A stretch of DNA of 63,487 nt, counting the filler, from Pelomyxa schiedti (lineage: Eukaryota > Protista > Evosea), in assembly GCA_020536535.1 (NCBI GenBank). It is 6 parts of 6 records of this genome, joined end to end, with 100 filler letters (N's around TTAATTAATTAA, not from the genome) between each part and the next. Parts side by side here need not be neighbours in the genome. Positions count along the whole stretch, not along the records: positions 1 to 16,892 come from JAHLWZ010001136.1; 5 more parts are not named here. One strand, written 5' to 3'. This document shows positions 1 to 11,561 of this stretch, piece after piece. Within the stretch, counting starts at the first letter, position 1; each line of letters starts with the position of its first letter. Both the position numbers and the translations under genes were made by a program. The notes below the pieces were generated by a model. The model saw nothing but the letters and a program-made list of their open reading frames with translations. It was not told where the DNA came from and searched no databases.

Positions 1-190
1 TGAAGTACCTTCCTTTCCCTCTTAGTAAATTCCCGCTAACCAACCAACTCCCACCACAGCCACCAAGCGTCGCGGCCGGTATGCCTACTCTGTAAGAGAA
101 TATTCCGCACAGACGCCGCTCTTGAGAAGCACGTGGCGGGATCAACTCTGCACAAGGTAAATTGGTTCATTCACCTTCACTTTCTCCACT
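1..190 (+). repeat. Slightly diverged direct copy of ~1839-2032 (intron + C2H2 exon + next intron start)
   Basis: Near-identical by eye; a few substitutions and one differing intronic stretch. Confidence 0.9.
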
Positions 191-2085
191 GTTGATGACG
201 CCCGTTCTATGCTGCGAGCTACTGGAGGTGTACTGCTCGTTGATGGACAACACATACACCTGGAGTATTCAAGACACAAAACTCCAGTACCAAAGGACAA
301 GGGAGACTGGAAATGCGTCCATGTATGTTGAGAATTTCTACTTTTTTGTAAGCTTATTTGATTGATAGTGCCGCGCTATCAACTTTGCTCGAAGGGAGGT
401 GTGCTTCGTGTGTCATGAACCCCGTCCTCCTCCTGACCGCGGTGGGAATGTAATATTCGTCAGAGGATTGGGGGCTTTTACAACCAAGGATGCTGTGCGT
501 ATCTTCTTCCTGTTCATGTTTAAATTAACGATAAATCAAGGTTGTTGCATATTTCGGTGCTGTGGCTCCTATAAAAGATGTGCAATTCATTAAAGATGCC
601 TCAAGTGGAAGCTATGAGGGCAGCTGTACTGTAGAATTTACGACTCCCGAAGTGTGTTCCAACATTTATATTCACGCTCTTAGCACTAAGCACAGGGGGC
701 TGTGGCAGCTCTGGGCATTCCTGACGCAGTTATTGGTGGCAAACCTGTTACAATTTCGCTCATGAATCAATTTGATACTACCATTAACTCAGCCATTGAC
801 ACCAATTCTTACAATGACATGTATCAGTATGGAGCTCAGTATGATGCAGCTTGGGCTGCATACTATGCTCAATATGACACAGCGTATGCAATTGACATTA
901 CCCGATTTAACCTAACAACAGCAGAGCACCTGAGTACGCCCAGGCAGCACAGTACCCCCAACCTTATGATCCAAACGTACAATCTTCTTTGCCAACACCG
1001 TCCCCTACAGGGACTACTGCACCCACTGTAACTGCCGTTGCAGTTCCCACTGTTACCCCTCAAGTTGATACCCCAGCCAAAGGTATTTTTCTCAACTCAT
1101 TTCTATAACACCAACTTCAAACCAAAAAAGAAAAAGTGTCCCTTGATGACCACCTGGCTAAGTTCTATGATGAGGTTGCTCCCGTTACTGGTGCGTAAAC
1201 CACCCAAATGTTATTGATTGTGCTACTTAATCCACCACAGCTGACACAGCAATGGCAGATGCAACAACTTCCTCCACCACCCAACAACCACAGCAGACAG
1301 CACAGCCAACAACTATATCTGCTCAGTATCCCCCCTCCCTAGTCATAAACTCCAACCCCTTGGGAGATGGAGTGAGACTGTCTTAACGGAAAAAAATGTT
1401 TGCAGGCATGACTCTGGGCAAGGTTCCTCTACAGATCAGCAAGCAGCACCACAGCAGCAACAAGCGGCACCTCCAGGTTCATTTGCCTCTCTCCCTCCAA
1501 GAATTTAACGTTGCCTCTTAGGTGATGGAAATAGTGCCAAGAAGAAATCTGACAAGAGTGAGAAAAAAGCACTATCCAAAACCCAAAAGGTTTTTTTTTC
1601 CTTCCCTTACATACTATCAACTTACCGGGTTCTATTACGCTACAGCAAACCGAACTTCTCATTTCACAATGGTCCCAACGTCAAAAGGAGATGCATGATT
1701 CTACCGGCGAACAACCACAGCAACCGCGAACAAAGCGGGACCGGCAATCCAAGGCACAGCAGCAGCAGCAACCTGCGCCTCACCCCGCCGTAGTTTCCAC
1801 AGTGCCTGCTCTCATTGTTGACCAAACTGCCGCATTCATGAAGTACCTTCCTTTCCCTCCTTCTGCGTCCGTTCCCGCTAACCAACCAACTCCCACCACA
1901 GCCACCAAGCGTCGCGGCCGGTATGCCTACTCTGTAAGAGAATATTCCGCACAGACGCCGCTCTTGAGAAGCACGTGGCGGCATCAACTCTTCACAAGGT
2001 AAATTGGTTCATTCACCTTCACTTTCTACACTTACACTACAAACAACAGTATTGCTTGGAGTTGTACAATAAACTACAGGGGTAG
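187..2085 (+). CDS. RBM5/RBM10-like RNA-binding protein (partial RRM, RanBP2 zinc finger, RRM, C2H2 finger); multi-exon, 5' end disrupted
   Basis: Spliced translation gives RRM1 C-terminal half (VDDARSMLRATGGVLLVDGQHIHLEYS), RanBP2 finger DWKCVH/CRAINFARREVCFVC, RRM2 (VIFVRGLGAFTT...), and C2H2 VCLLCKRIFRTDAALEKHVAASTLHK; stop at 2083-2085. Confidence 0.75.
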
Positions 2086-2141
2086 ATGGAGGAAGGTTTT
2101 TGAATGGAATTAAAACAAACAAAAACACAAGTCTATTAAAT

Positions 2142-5100
2142 TTAAAACTTCTTTTGGGCTACGAGCTTGAGGGTGTCGGCAAGCTCGTTGATGTCGTGGT
2201 CCAATTCAAACACTTCAAGAGCACAGCACATGTTGAACGTGTTGTTGTTGATAATCATATCTGTGTTAAGGTGAGTTAGTTTGTTCACTCAGGATTGCTT
2301 GGCGGGTTGGCGTCGGAGGAAGAGAGGGTACCTTTGAGTGTGGACTTTACGTCGGCGGTGATGAGGTTGGAGCGGGAGCATTGGGCAACGAGATACAGAA
2401 GTTTGCTTACTTTGTCAGTAAGCTGTGAGAGGGAAGCGGCCATGTTTCCGGGCAGAGGTGCTACGGCGGAGGACTGTGCTGAAGTCGGTATTGTTTGTAG
2501 CGGGGTTGTTTGTTTGAACCGGGGCTGTGGCTGCTTTTGTGTTGGAAGTTGGCTCGGGGCTCCGAACGGGTTGGGTTGGCTGGTAGTGCTGGGCTGAGGA
2601 AAGAACGATGTTATCTTTTGCTGGGCCTGCTGAGGTGGCTGTGGGGGGCCGAAAAGAGAGGTGCCCGGTTGCGTACCAAATGGCGAGGAAGGTGATGGTT
2701 GCGCGCCAAACGGTGAGCTGGCCTGGGTGCCAAAGGCGGAGGGCGATCCAAACGGAGATGTCGTGCCGAAACCGGATGTGGCAGGCTGGGCAGCAAACGG
2801 GGACGTCGAAGTGGTAGTGAAAGCAGATTGCTGTGGGCTACCCCAGGCGTTCGCTGGCTTTGAAGAGAAGCCGCCAAATCCGGAGGGGGCAGGTGTGGGT
2901 GAACCTGTTGGAATTTAGTTCTGGGGTCCCACACTTAGCAGAAAATACCAGTCTTGGCAGAGAACAAACTGGTTGCACTTCCAAATGGCTTGAAGTCCGT
3001 AGTTTTAAGGTGAGCCTCTCGTTCATGTAAGTTGAGAGCATTTTGTGTTGGCATAATTGCCGAGCACGTTTGGCACCTGCATCGTGTTAGCGACTAGATC
3101 TGTAGCCCAACACATACATGAAAGTTTGCTTCAGATTGGATTGTGTTGCTGATTGTGTTTGCACAATGGGGAAAGATGCCGTCCCGTCGGGTTGGTTTAT
3201 ATGTTGCAGGGGATGCGGGGATAATGAAGAGCGCTGGCCATCCTTCAAATCTTTTCAAACTAAGTCCACCATTTTAAGGCAGTGAACGTACATATGTTTT
3301 CATCAAAGGGAACCTCCAGGACCGGGTGCCAGCTACCGTGCAGTGTGCGCCTGAACCCTTTGTCACAGTCTTGGTACCTAGGGAGGTATTAATACGTTGG
3401 TTTCTGGTTTCCGAATTGACATTTCACATACACATTTCCCTGCGAAACCCATGTTAAAGGTCCAGAAATATACTTTCCATTCTCTTCACCACTGAGAGGA
3501 GTTTTTGTTTTGCAAAGGTTGCACCAGTACATGTTGGCATGCCCAGCAATCACATCCTGCAATCTTGAACAAGAAGGAAAAGAAACCGTGGAGCTGTACC
3601 TCTATACCCGCAACAAAGCAATGCCTATGCTCTACATTGAGTTTGCTTTTCATTTTTGGTCCTCCTTTCGCACTATTAACCCCTCGGAAGAACTCAGCCC
3701 GATCTCTAGAGAGAGTGAGGATGGAAATCGATAGCATAAAACTTCTACCTCAATTGAAGAACCCGAAGAATGGTATCTGGTCTCCATCTCGGTCCCCACG
3801 GTATAAATACCTCGGAGTAATCAGAGGGGTTGTTGGCTTCATGAGCAGCATATTCTTCAATCTTATCTGAGGATCTGGTCAGACTTGATCTACAATATTT
3901 TTTTCCTTTCTCACCTGCAAGAAGTTCAGAGTCGTTCTTTGCGGCTACTCGCCCAAAGCAAAGCATCCTTCTCAAAGAAGCTGTATAAGAAACGTGAATG
4001 TGGTCTCTGTGCTTGATTAAATGTAAAATGCGTTGAGGAAAGATACTGTGGATGTAGGGTCTGGTATTCGAAAATAAGTAACTTTTGAAGCCCATTGGTA
4101 TTCTGTGTACTTTTATGAAAGAGAGAATGGTCCACTCTAGCCTTGTCGAGGTTGGGAACTAGGTTACGTTAAACATGAAAGAATTGTTAGAGGCAACCTG
4201 CGACAACAAAGCCTCTCTTGGCATACTTGAACAAACGGGTTTCATAAGTAAGAGAACGACGGGAACTGTTTATTAAGTTGTATCCTAAAAGAGGTATTTA
4301 GACAACACTTTGGTGCGAGAAACTACCTTTATTGATGGCGATTGTGAAACGTTCATCCATTCCCCAGACAGCTGTGCCATCATAACCAACACAACAAGAG
4401 TCTATATCAAAGCCAAGAAGAACCTTACATTCATTTAGGTTTGGAAAATTAGTCCAGAGTAGCATCCTGTACCTCTGCTGGACTTTTGTATTGCTTTAGG
4501 ATAATTTGAACGTGTCGATAAGGAAAGTGGCACAAAATCGTGATGGCCCTAATGAAAAATTGTCACCAATAAGTTTCATTTGCTCCAGGAGACCTGTGAG
4601 TCCGGAGAACCTCACAAGATCCTGCCTTAGCGGCGTTCGTGGAGACGACTTGATAAATTTCTCGTAGTTTACTGTTTGCCTCTTCATCCGAAGATAACCC
4701 CCAAAGGAAAAGATCAATATCCGAACTCTGTGATGTGTTAAAAAAAAAAAAAAAAAAAGAAAAGAAAATCATTGAACCCTAGCGTGCGCCATTCCATCGG
4801 GTTGAATGCATGCAAGGACAGACCCCCCAGCAGCGAAAACGTTAGACCAAGAGAGACCAGTCAGAACTCCAGAAGTGAATTCTTCCCAATTCTTTCACAT
4901 ATGAGAAGGAGTTGAACACCATCCATTACCTGTTGAAAAGTGGGCTGTGGAACAATTGAAGGTTCCCCAGGAGTGTGTGGTTGCTTGAACTTGGTGAAAA
5001 GTTTTGGTATGGCCTCTTCTCCAGCGTCCTTTTTTGAAGAGAGTTGGCAGAGGTTGACTAGACACAGACATACCATTGCCTCATAAACATATTTGTGGGT

Positions 5101-5521
5101 ATTTTCATAAATATTTGTCAGTAGGACATATGGATCACTTATCTCATAGTTGCTTGGGTCAGTGCCAAATATTTTGCTTTTGGTGTTAGTCGAAGAGTGC
5201 TGCACGCAGTGCAATACCGATATCTGTCTTCTTTCTCAAGACGAGCCACCTGCTGTTCTGTCATTGGAGCGGGTGGTTCCAAAGGGATAGGAACGCCCTG
5301 TGCTACGTTTTCTACAAGCGGCCCACCAAAAGGCCTCATTGTGAAAGTGCTCCTTCCTCCCCTCATTTCAATTCGCCTTGAAATGGAAACCACAGTGAGA
5401 TAGGTACCAAAAAAAAAAACGAACACAACAAAAAACAATAAAAAAAAACATCACAGCCTGAAACAACGACACACAAAGTACGACAACAAAAGACGCACTG
5501 GGTTTGTTTTGTCCTTGCCAT
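2142..5521 (-). CDS. Multi-exon protein: H3-tail-like N-terminus, nucleotidyltransferase-like domain, C2H2 finger, FG-repeat region
   Basis: Starts MARTKQTQ|RIEMRGGRS. Motifs NVFAAGGSVLAC...SDIDLFLWGL, FDIDSCCVGYDG, RRSLTYETRLFKYAKRGF. C2H2 CQTCSAIMPTQNALNLHEREAH. Several SPFG/SAFG/SLFG/NPFG repeats. The 5' and 3' exon junctions I checked join in frame via GT-AG introns. Confidence 0.7.
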
Positions 5522-5739
5522 TCCCGACGGACGCGTCCACCTCCTCACTAAATTTTGTTTTTTGGAGATCTGATCGCTAACAGACAAGAGATGCCAAAGG
5601 CGGGAAATTAATTTTTTAGTTTAGAAAGTTTGCAACGGCTTTTTCCTGTATATCTGTTCGCAACTGCGAACGATAGATCTATTGTTAGACCCTGAAGGGA
5701 CTTTTTTGTACAAAGCCACGGGATAGGGACTTATCGTTT

Positions 5740-7167
5740 TTACTCCTCCTCATCAGCAACAACCCCAAAGGATGCGAGTTCATGGGTAACTCTGGCCAGG
5801 TAGGTCGGATCAGGGTACCTGGGAAATCGCTGTCAATCCTAGATAGAAAGATACATTGGGAATGGGAATACCCGTGGTTTGTTTCACCACCACTTGTTGT
5901 GGTTTTGTGGTGAATGCCGTTCCATATCACTACATTTTCTGTTATGAATGCGTGAGTTATTTTTGTTAGGGTTTACAGGTTGGGTACCGGTTCCATGAGT
6001 TATGGACATCCCAATAGTAAACAGAAGCTTTCTATCCCAGGCTTTTTGAAGTAGTTTTATGACGGCCTTTCCCTCAGGGGAATCTGGGAAGTATCCAGTT
6101 CTAAAAAAAGTTGAGAGCGAAGTTTTTTGTGCAGAGAAACCTTTGTGTCCCCTCGTAGTGTTCCCCGGGGTGGTAGTGCTCTGGCCCTTGAGTTCCAGAG
6201 GGGAAGTTATAGGAAACCACTATCGTTCCGAATTTCTCATAGCCCGGTAGTCTTTGGCTATTATCTGTTCTTACATGCATTGTGCCGTGTGGTTGATTTC
6301 CTGTCATAATGCCATAATGTGTGGAACATATCTAAGATAGAGGAGTCTTGAATACTTACGAGGATAAAATTGTGGAAATCGTACCGGGCATTTTAAATGG
6401 TTTTTCTCTACAACCGGTTTTATGCATTCTTCATGGAAAAAGTGGCCACATTTTGTAAGTTGTACCACTCCCTCCTCCGGTTCACAGTCTGATGATGCGA
6501 GGTTAATAATAACTTAAATATAAACTATCACTTGTCGCCGATAATCCATTAATTTGTTATTTTCCCATATATATCGGATATGCAACCCGTTACAGAAAAA
6601 AAAAAAAAAAAAAACAGAACGAAAGAAAAAAAAGCCAAGCCAACCTTCCAGCTTCTTTCCCTCAGGGAGTGGAGGAGCTGAGGCATAGTCAATGAGCTCC
6701 GTGAGGCAAACAGGGCAGTTTTCCTCCGACTCACCCTTCTTTGGCCTTGGTGCCGCCGATGGCTTCCAAAACACACCCTTCTTGGCACCCTTGGCTGCTG
6801 CTGCCGCCTTCTTGTCCTTGTCCTTTTTCTTTTCCTTTGTTCCGTCGCCCCCGGCAGTTGATGGTGATGCTGTTGATGATGTCGTTGAGGCAGCAGTTGC
6901 CGGCGTGCCCGTTGAATCGGCACCCCCGGTTGCCGTTGATGTAGTGGTTGATGATGACGATGACGATGTGGTGGTGGTGGTGCTTGACGACGACGATGTG
7001 TCTGTGGATGGTGTGGTCGTGTCTGTTGTCGTGTCCGACACTGACGTTGTCGTTGTTGCCGTTGCTGCAGATGATGACGATGACGATGTGTCTGTTGTGG
7101 ATGCTGAGGCAGAGGACGAGGAGGAGTGGTGGCCGTGGTGATGGTGCTTGCTGTTCCCGTGCCCCAT
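5740..7167 (-). CDS. Deltex-family E3 ligase (RING + Deltex C-terminal domain), S/T-rich N-terminus, possible N-myristoylation
   Basis: CPVC...HFFHEECI...CP RING; DTC motifs GNQPHGTM, LPGYEKFGTIVVSYNFPSGTQGPEH, WNGIHHKT, HGYPDPTY; starts MGHGNSK. Confidence 0.9.
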
Positions 7168-7499
7168 TGTGGGATGCAATGGACGTTTGTATCTACAATG
7201 TCAATTGACTACAGTGTCGGCTGACTGTGACTGCGACTGCGACTGATGCTTCACCTGTGCGGCGAACTCTCCTTATTTTTTTCCCTTCTCTCTTTTCCCG
7301 CAGAAACGGAAAATCAGGTAACGAGAAGACGAATCGGTGGCATCGTAAGCTGTATTCGTTGTTAGTTGTGACTCAGAGTGTCGGTGATTGATGAAGCCTG
7401 AGGCTGTTTCGTCAGCGTCATCGTATGCGCCATTTGAAAACAATAAGGGGGCTCGAGGAAATTGTGAGTGTTGGTAACAAAACTATTATGGGTTAAGGG

Positions 7500-8589
7500 G
7501 AGGGGATGAGGGGAAGGAGGCCACTTTGATAAAAATGCTTCTTGTTGGTGACCAGTCTGTTGGAAAAAGTGTGTAAGATTCATTGTTTTCCTTCGTTTAA
7601 CATGGTTTCCCTTTGTTTCCTTTAAAGGCTCACTGTTGCTTCGGTTTGTGGTATCGTAACTTCACATACTTTCTTACATTTTGTCTCACTGTGATCACAC
7701 ATAGGATGATACCTTTTCCAAGACTCCTATAACGGTTGGTGTGTAGTGTAATAACATGTTTTTGCTATTTTGAAGTTTACTCCTTCCCAGGCGTTGATTT
7801 TGTGAGTAGCGGCACACCTAAGGTTTTCCCCTCACGTATTCCCAGAAAACCTGTCAAATATCATTGGAATCACAGCCTATCACTCTACAAATTGTATGTA
7901 CCTTTTGAAATCCTATTATTTTTCACTAGTTATCAGTGGGACACTGCTAGCCAAGAAAGGTTTTTCATTTCTGTAATACTTTTTGTTTCATAATCCGAAG
8001 GTTCCGAACTATAACCCGAGCATGTATTTCTATCGTGTACATACGCCTAACGTAACACAAACCTAGTCTATAGAGGGGCTCATGGCATAATCCTTCTTTT
8101 GTAGTGTCCTCTTCACACCTATTTTACCGTTAATCTCCGCTTTAAGTGATATTACAAGCGAAGAATCCTTTAGGAATATACACATTTGGCTCGAAGAAAT
8201 CCGAGCCAATGCTAATCCAACAGTGAATATAATCCTCGTTGGTCACAAGGTTTTTTCCTGAGACATACTTCCACTGTAATCTGAACAATTCCCAGTCTGA
8301 TAAAGATGCAAAACGTGCTGTAACAACGGATGAAGCCCAGAAATATGCCTCAAGTCAAGCACTGACTTACATGTATGTAGTTTCAAAGAAAAACAGCTTC
8401 CCCTGACCAACGAAAAGAGAAGCAAGTTCCAAAACAAAGATAAATGTTGATAGGGTATTCACCACTATTGCGGGTGAAATTCTTGTTGCACGGCAAGCAG
8501 CTGTTGATTCAGCCCTACACGGAGGATACACTGTAATTCCTGTACCACTAAATACCACAACTTCAGAAAAGAATAGTAAGTGCTGCTAA
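7500..8589 (+). CDS. Rab GTPase (Rab1/Rab8-like), many small exons; start approximate
   Basis: GDQSVGKS, GVDF, WDTASQERFRTIT, YRGAHG, GHK/SD, EASSK, C-terminal CC prenylation motif. Confidence 0.9.
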
Positions 8590-8661
8590 AGGGAAATTTT
8601 CCATTGTATTGCCTAACTTGAACAAAGACTCCATTGTTGTTGGGTTTGTTTGCAGCCAGAA

Positions 8662-11455
8662 TCAGAACTGGTTCGAAGGTGTCTTGAATCGTACTTGTAG
8701 TTGTTTTCCTCCCAAAATTTGTCCATTGAGTGTTCCAACTGCCTAAATTGTTGTTAGTTTAGAGTATTGCAATAATAGCAAGGGGGAGCACACCCGCTGA
8801 GCATCTTCCAATCTCGGTATGTTAACAAATCCGTAGCCCTACATGATGATTAAGCGGTAATTAGAAAAGGGATACAGTGAAGTTACCTTGCACTTTCGGG
8901 TAGTAATATCTCTTACAACCTTCACACTTGACACGGCACCAAACGGGGCAAAGAGTCTGTAAAGGAGGCCGTCATCAGTGTCCTAGTGTACAATTAAGTA
9001 GTAGCACAGTAATTTAATTAGGTCATACTGCCGGGAGGTTGTAAATAAAGAGACAATAGCCAGTGGGACCTATTTAAGTTAGAAATGATTGTAAAATTGC
9101 TTGGTTACCGGTTAGTTGCTGACCAGTTAACTGTTGCATGTAGTCCTGGGGTTCTGTAGGAATCGATGTGTTTACTAATGCTTGGGTACTGTTAGAGAGA
9201 AGATGAGAGAACCATTGTTTTACCAGACAGTTGTTGGAGGTAGGCTTGTGTAGGATCAAAGCTGGGAGATGCGAATGGGGCAAGTGCACTCAGAGTAGAA
9301 AGTGCTGACAGAGGGTTTGGTACTGGGGTGTTGGGAGACGGGGGTGGATTTGCTGCTAGTGCTGCAGTTAGCATAGAGGCTATGCCCATTGGATTGAAGC
9401 GTGAAGCAATAGCTGGCGTCAAAGGCGGGAATGGTGTAGAAGTTTTGAGTAGCCTTTTGGACTTTTCTTCAGATCCTTCCGCTACCTGAATTTCACACAA
9501 CAAAAGAGGGGGAGGGAAAAGGAAAAACCAAAGAAGACAGTACAAAAGAAAAGCAATAGAAAAAGAGCAACAAACAAAAAAAAACCCAACAAAAACAATC
9601 AAATAAGAAATTAATGAAACTGATCTAAATCATTCAGGAAATACTGATAAAACCTATTTAAAAACCTATTGTAACAACCTATTACTCAAATTACTAATTG
9701 AAACTAGATAAAGATAGACACGACAGAGGAAGAATGTGTCACAAGGGGTTTGTTGATTTATTGTTATTTAGTTTACTAACTACTAGAAGATTTCAATGGC
9801 TCCACATACTTTTACAATAAGGCCCATTTGCCCTTTTGAGGACATGCCTGGTATGATTGCCCCGTTCATAGCTGCAATAGCCGCATCAGCTTGATCTCTT
9901 TGCTCAAATCTCACGAAACCAGCCCCTCTGTTTGCCCCTGTTTTTGGGTCTAGAACAGTGTGAGATGGGAGAATAAATGAGGAGTCAAACCTGTGAGAAT
10001 CTTATGGTCTACAATTGTGCCAAAACGAGAGAAAACATTATATAGTTGCTCCTTTGTGAAAGATGCATCCATGCCGCTGATATATACATTGCAATTCTTG
10101 ATTTCATTTGAAGGTGGTCGTGCAAAGGATACCTATAAGAACATATTACTTCATGAGCAACTCAAGGTATCACATACTTTGAGCATTTTCCCATCAATCT
10201 TATACCCTGGGATCATATTAGAATGAGAGTAAATTTCTGTTTGCAAACCGTTCATTGCCGCCACTGCAGTATTAGCCATATCCATTGTTTCATACTTGAC
10301 AAACCCATATCCTAGGCTGTGCCCTGTTCCAATAAGTAAGGTGTACGCCTTTTGACTCGCAACATACCGAGTTGTTTATCTACCATTAATTTGCATGTAA
10401 CGATCTAAGTAAAAGATGTTCAGCCGATTACACTAAAACGTGACACATACATTCCCGTAAGGAGCAAACATAGCTTGAAACTGATCCTGAGTCATCCGAG
10501 ATGGAATGTAATTGATTATCAAGTTAGGATCCTGAGGGAACTGCTGCTGCTGCGATGATGCTGCGTTCCCTTGCAAGTCGTTTACCAGAGAACCAGGTAG
10601 GATCGGTTGCCTCATGTACCGCTCAATGTCAGCTGGACAACCACTCCCAGGAGGCATATTACACCCCGCCTCAGGCATGTTACTCGGCCCGAGCCCCAGC
10701 CCCAGCCCCAGCCCCAGCCCCAGCCCCAGCCCCAATACCTCGGTCTTGACATCAACTCCGCCCTGCGGCTGTGACTGTGACTGTGCCTGTGGCTGCGACG
10801 CCGTCGCCGTAGTAGGTGTGGTTGTGGGCTGTGGCTTGATATCGGGGGACACGCCAAACGCAGCGGCAGCCTGCTGCTGCTGGCGCTGCTGCAGTTGCAA
10901 TTGGTGCTGGGCCATCATGATGTGCTGGCGGAGTGCCTGCGCCTGCTGTATCTGCAAATCGATCAAAGGCATGGGAGCATCCCCGCCTGGGAGCCCCCCC
11001 GCCCTCGTGCCCTCGCCCTCGCCCTCCCCCCCCTCCTCCTCCTCCTTCACGGTCTCGCACGCTCCTCCTCCTCCTCGCCCCTCCTCCTCCTCCTCTTGTT
11101 GTTGTTGCTCGTGTTGTATTACGACGTTGGCGCCGTGGGTGTTCCCGTGGTCGTGGTGTTCCGGTTCATCGTCGCCTGTGGTGGTTGTGGTTGCAGTGGA
11201 TCTGGTGGTGTCCTTGTCGCTTGGGGCGCCGTTGACTTGGTTGGTGTCGGTGTGTGGTGCATCTGCGGGGCCGTGGGCGTGGGCGTGGGCTTGGGCTTGG
11301 TGGTTGTAGTACCCGTCGTCGTCGGGGGCGGCGGTGGGGGGCTTGTGGTTGGCGCTGTCCGTGGTGGTGGTGGCTGCCGGTTGTTGTTGTTGTTGTTGCG
11401 CGGCGTCGGCGTGGGGTTCCGGGCTACTACTACTCGAAGTGGTGTAGTCGCTCAT
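8662..11455 (-). CDS. ELAV/Hu/Sxl-family three-RRM RNA-binding protein with long low-complexity N-terminus
   Basis: RRM1 NLIINYIP...SLGYGFVKY; RRM2 NVYISG...NRGAGFVRF; RRM3 LFIYNLP...GYGFVN. Confidence 0.85.
10692..10734. repeat. Coding hexanucleotide microsatellite (AGCCCC)x7, encoding (GL)n
   Basis: Direct inspection. Confidence 0.9.
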
Positions 11456-11561
11456 CTCCCGCTGCTTGGTGGTGCAATTGACGTCAAGCCAAAACAATCT
11501 CTTAGGGGAATGTGGAACAAAATCGGAAACTGGAAAGAGGCTATTTTCATTATTGTTGAAA

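Noticed and set aside
5340-5521. A true histone H3 gene
   Set aside because: Similarity ends within ~15 residues and no histone fold follows
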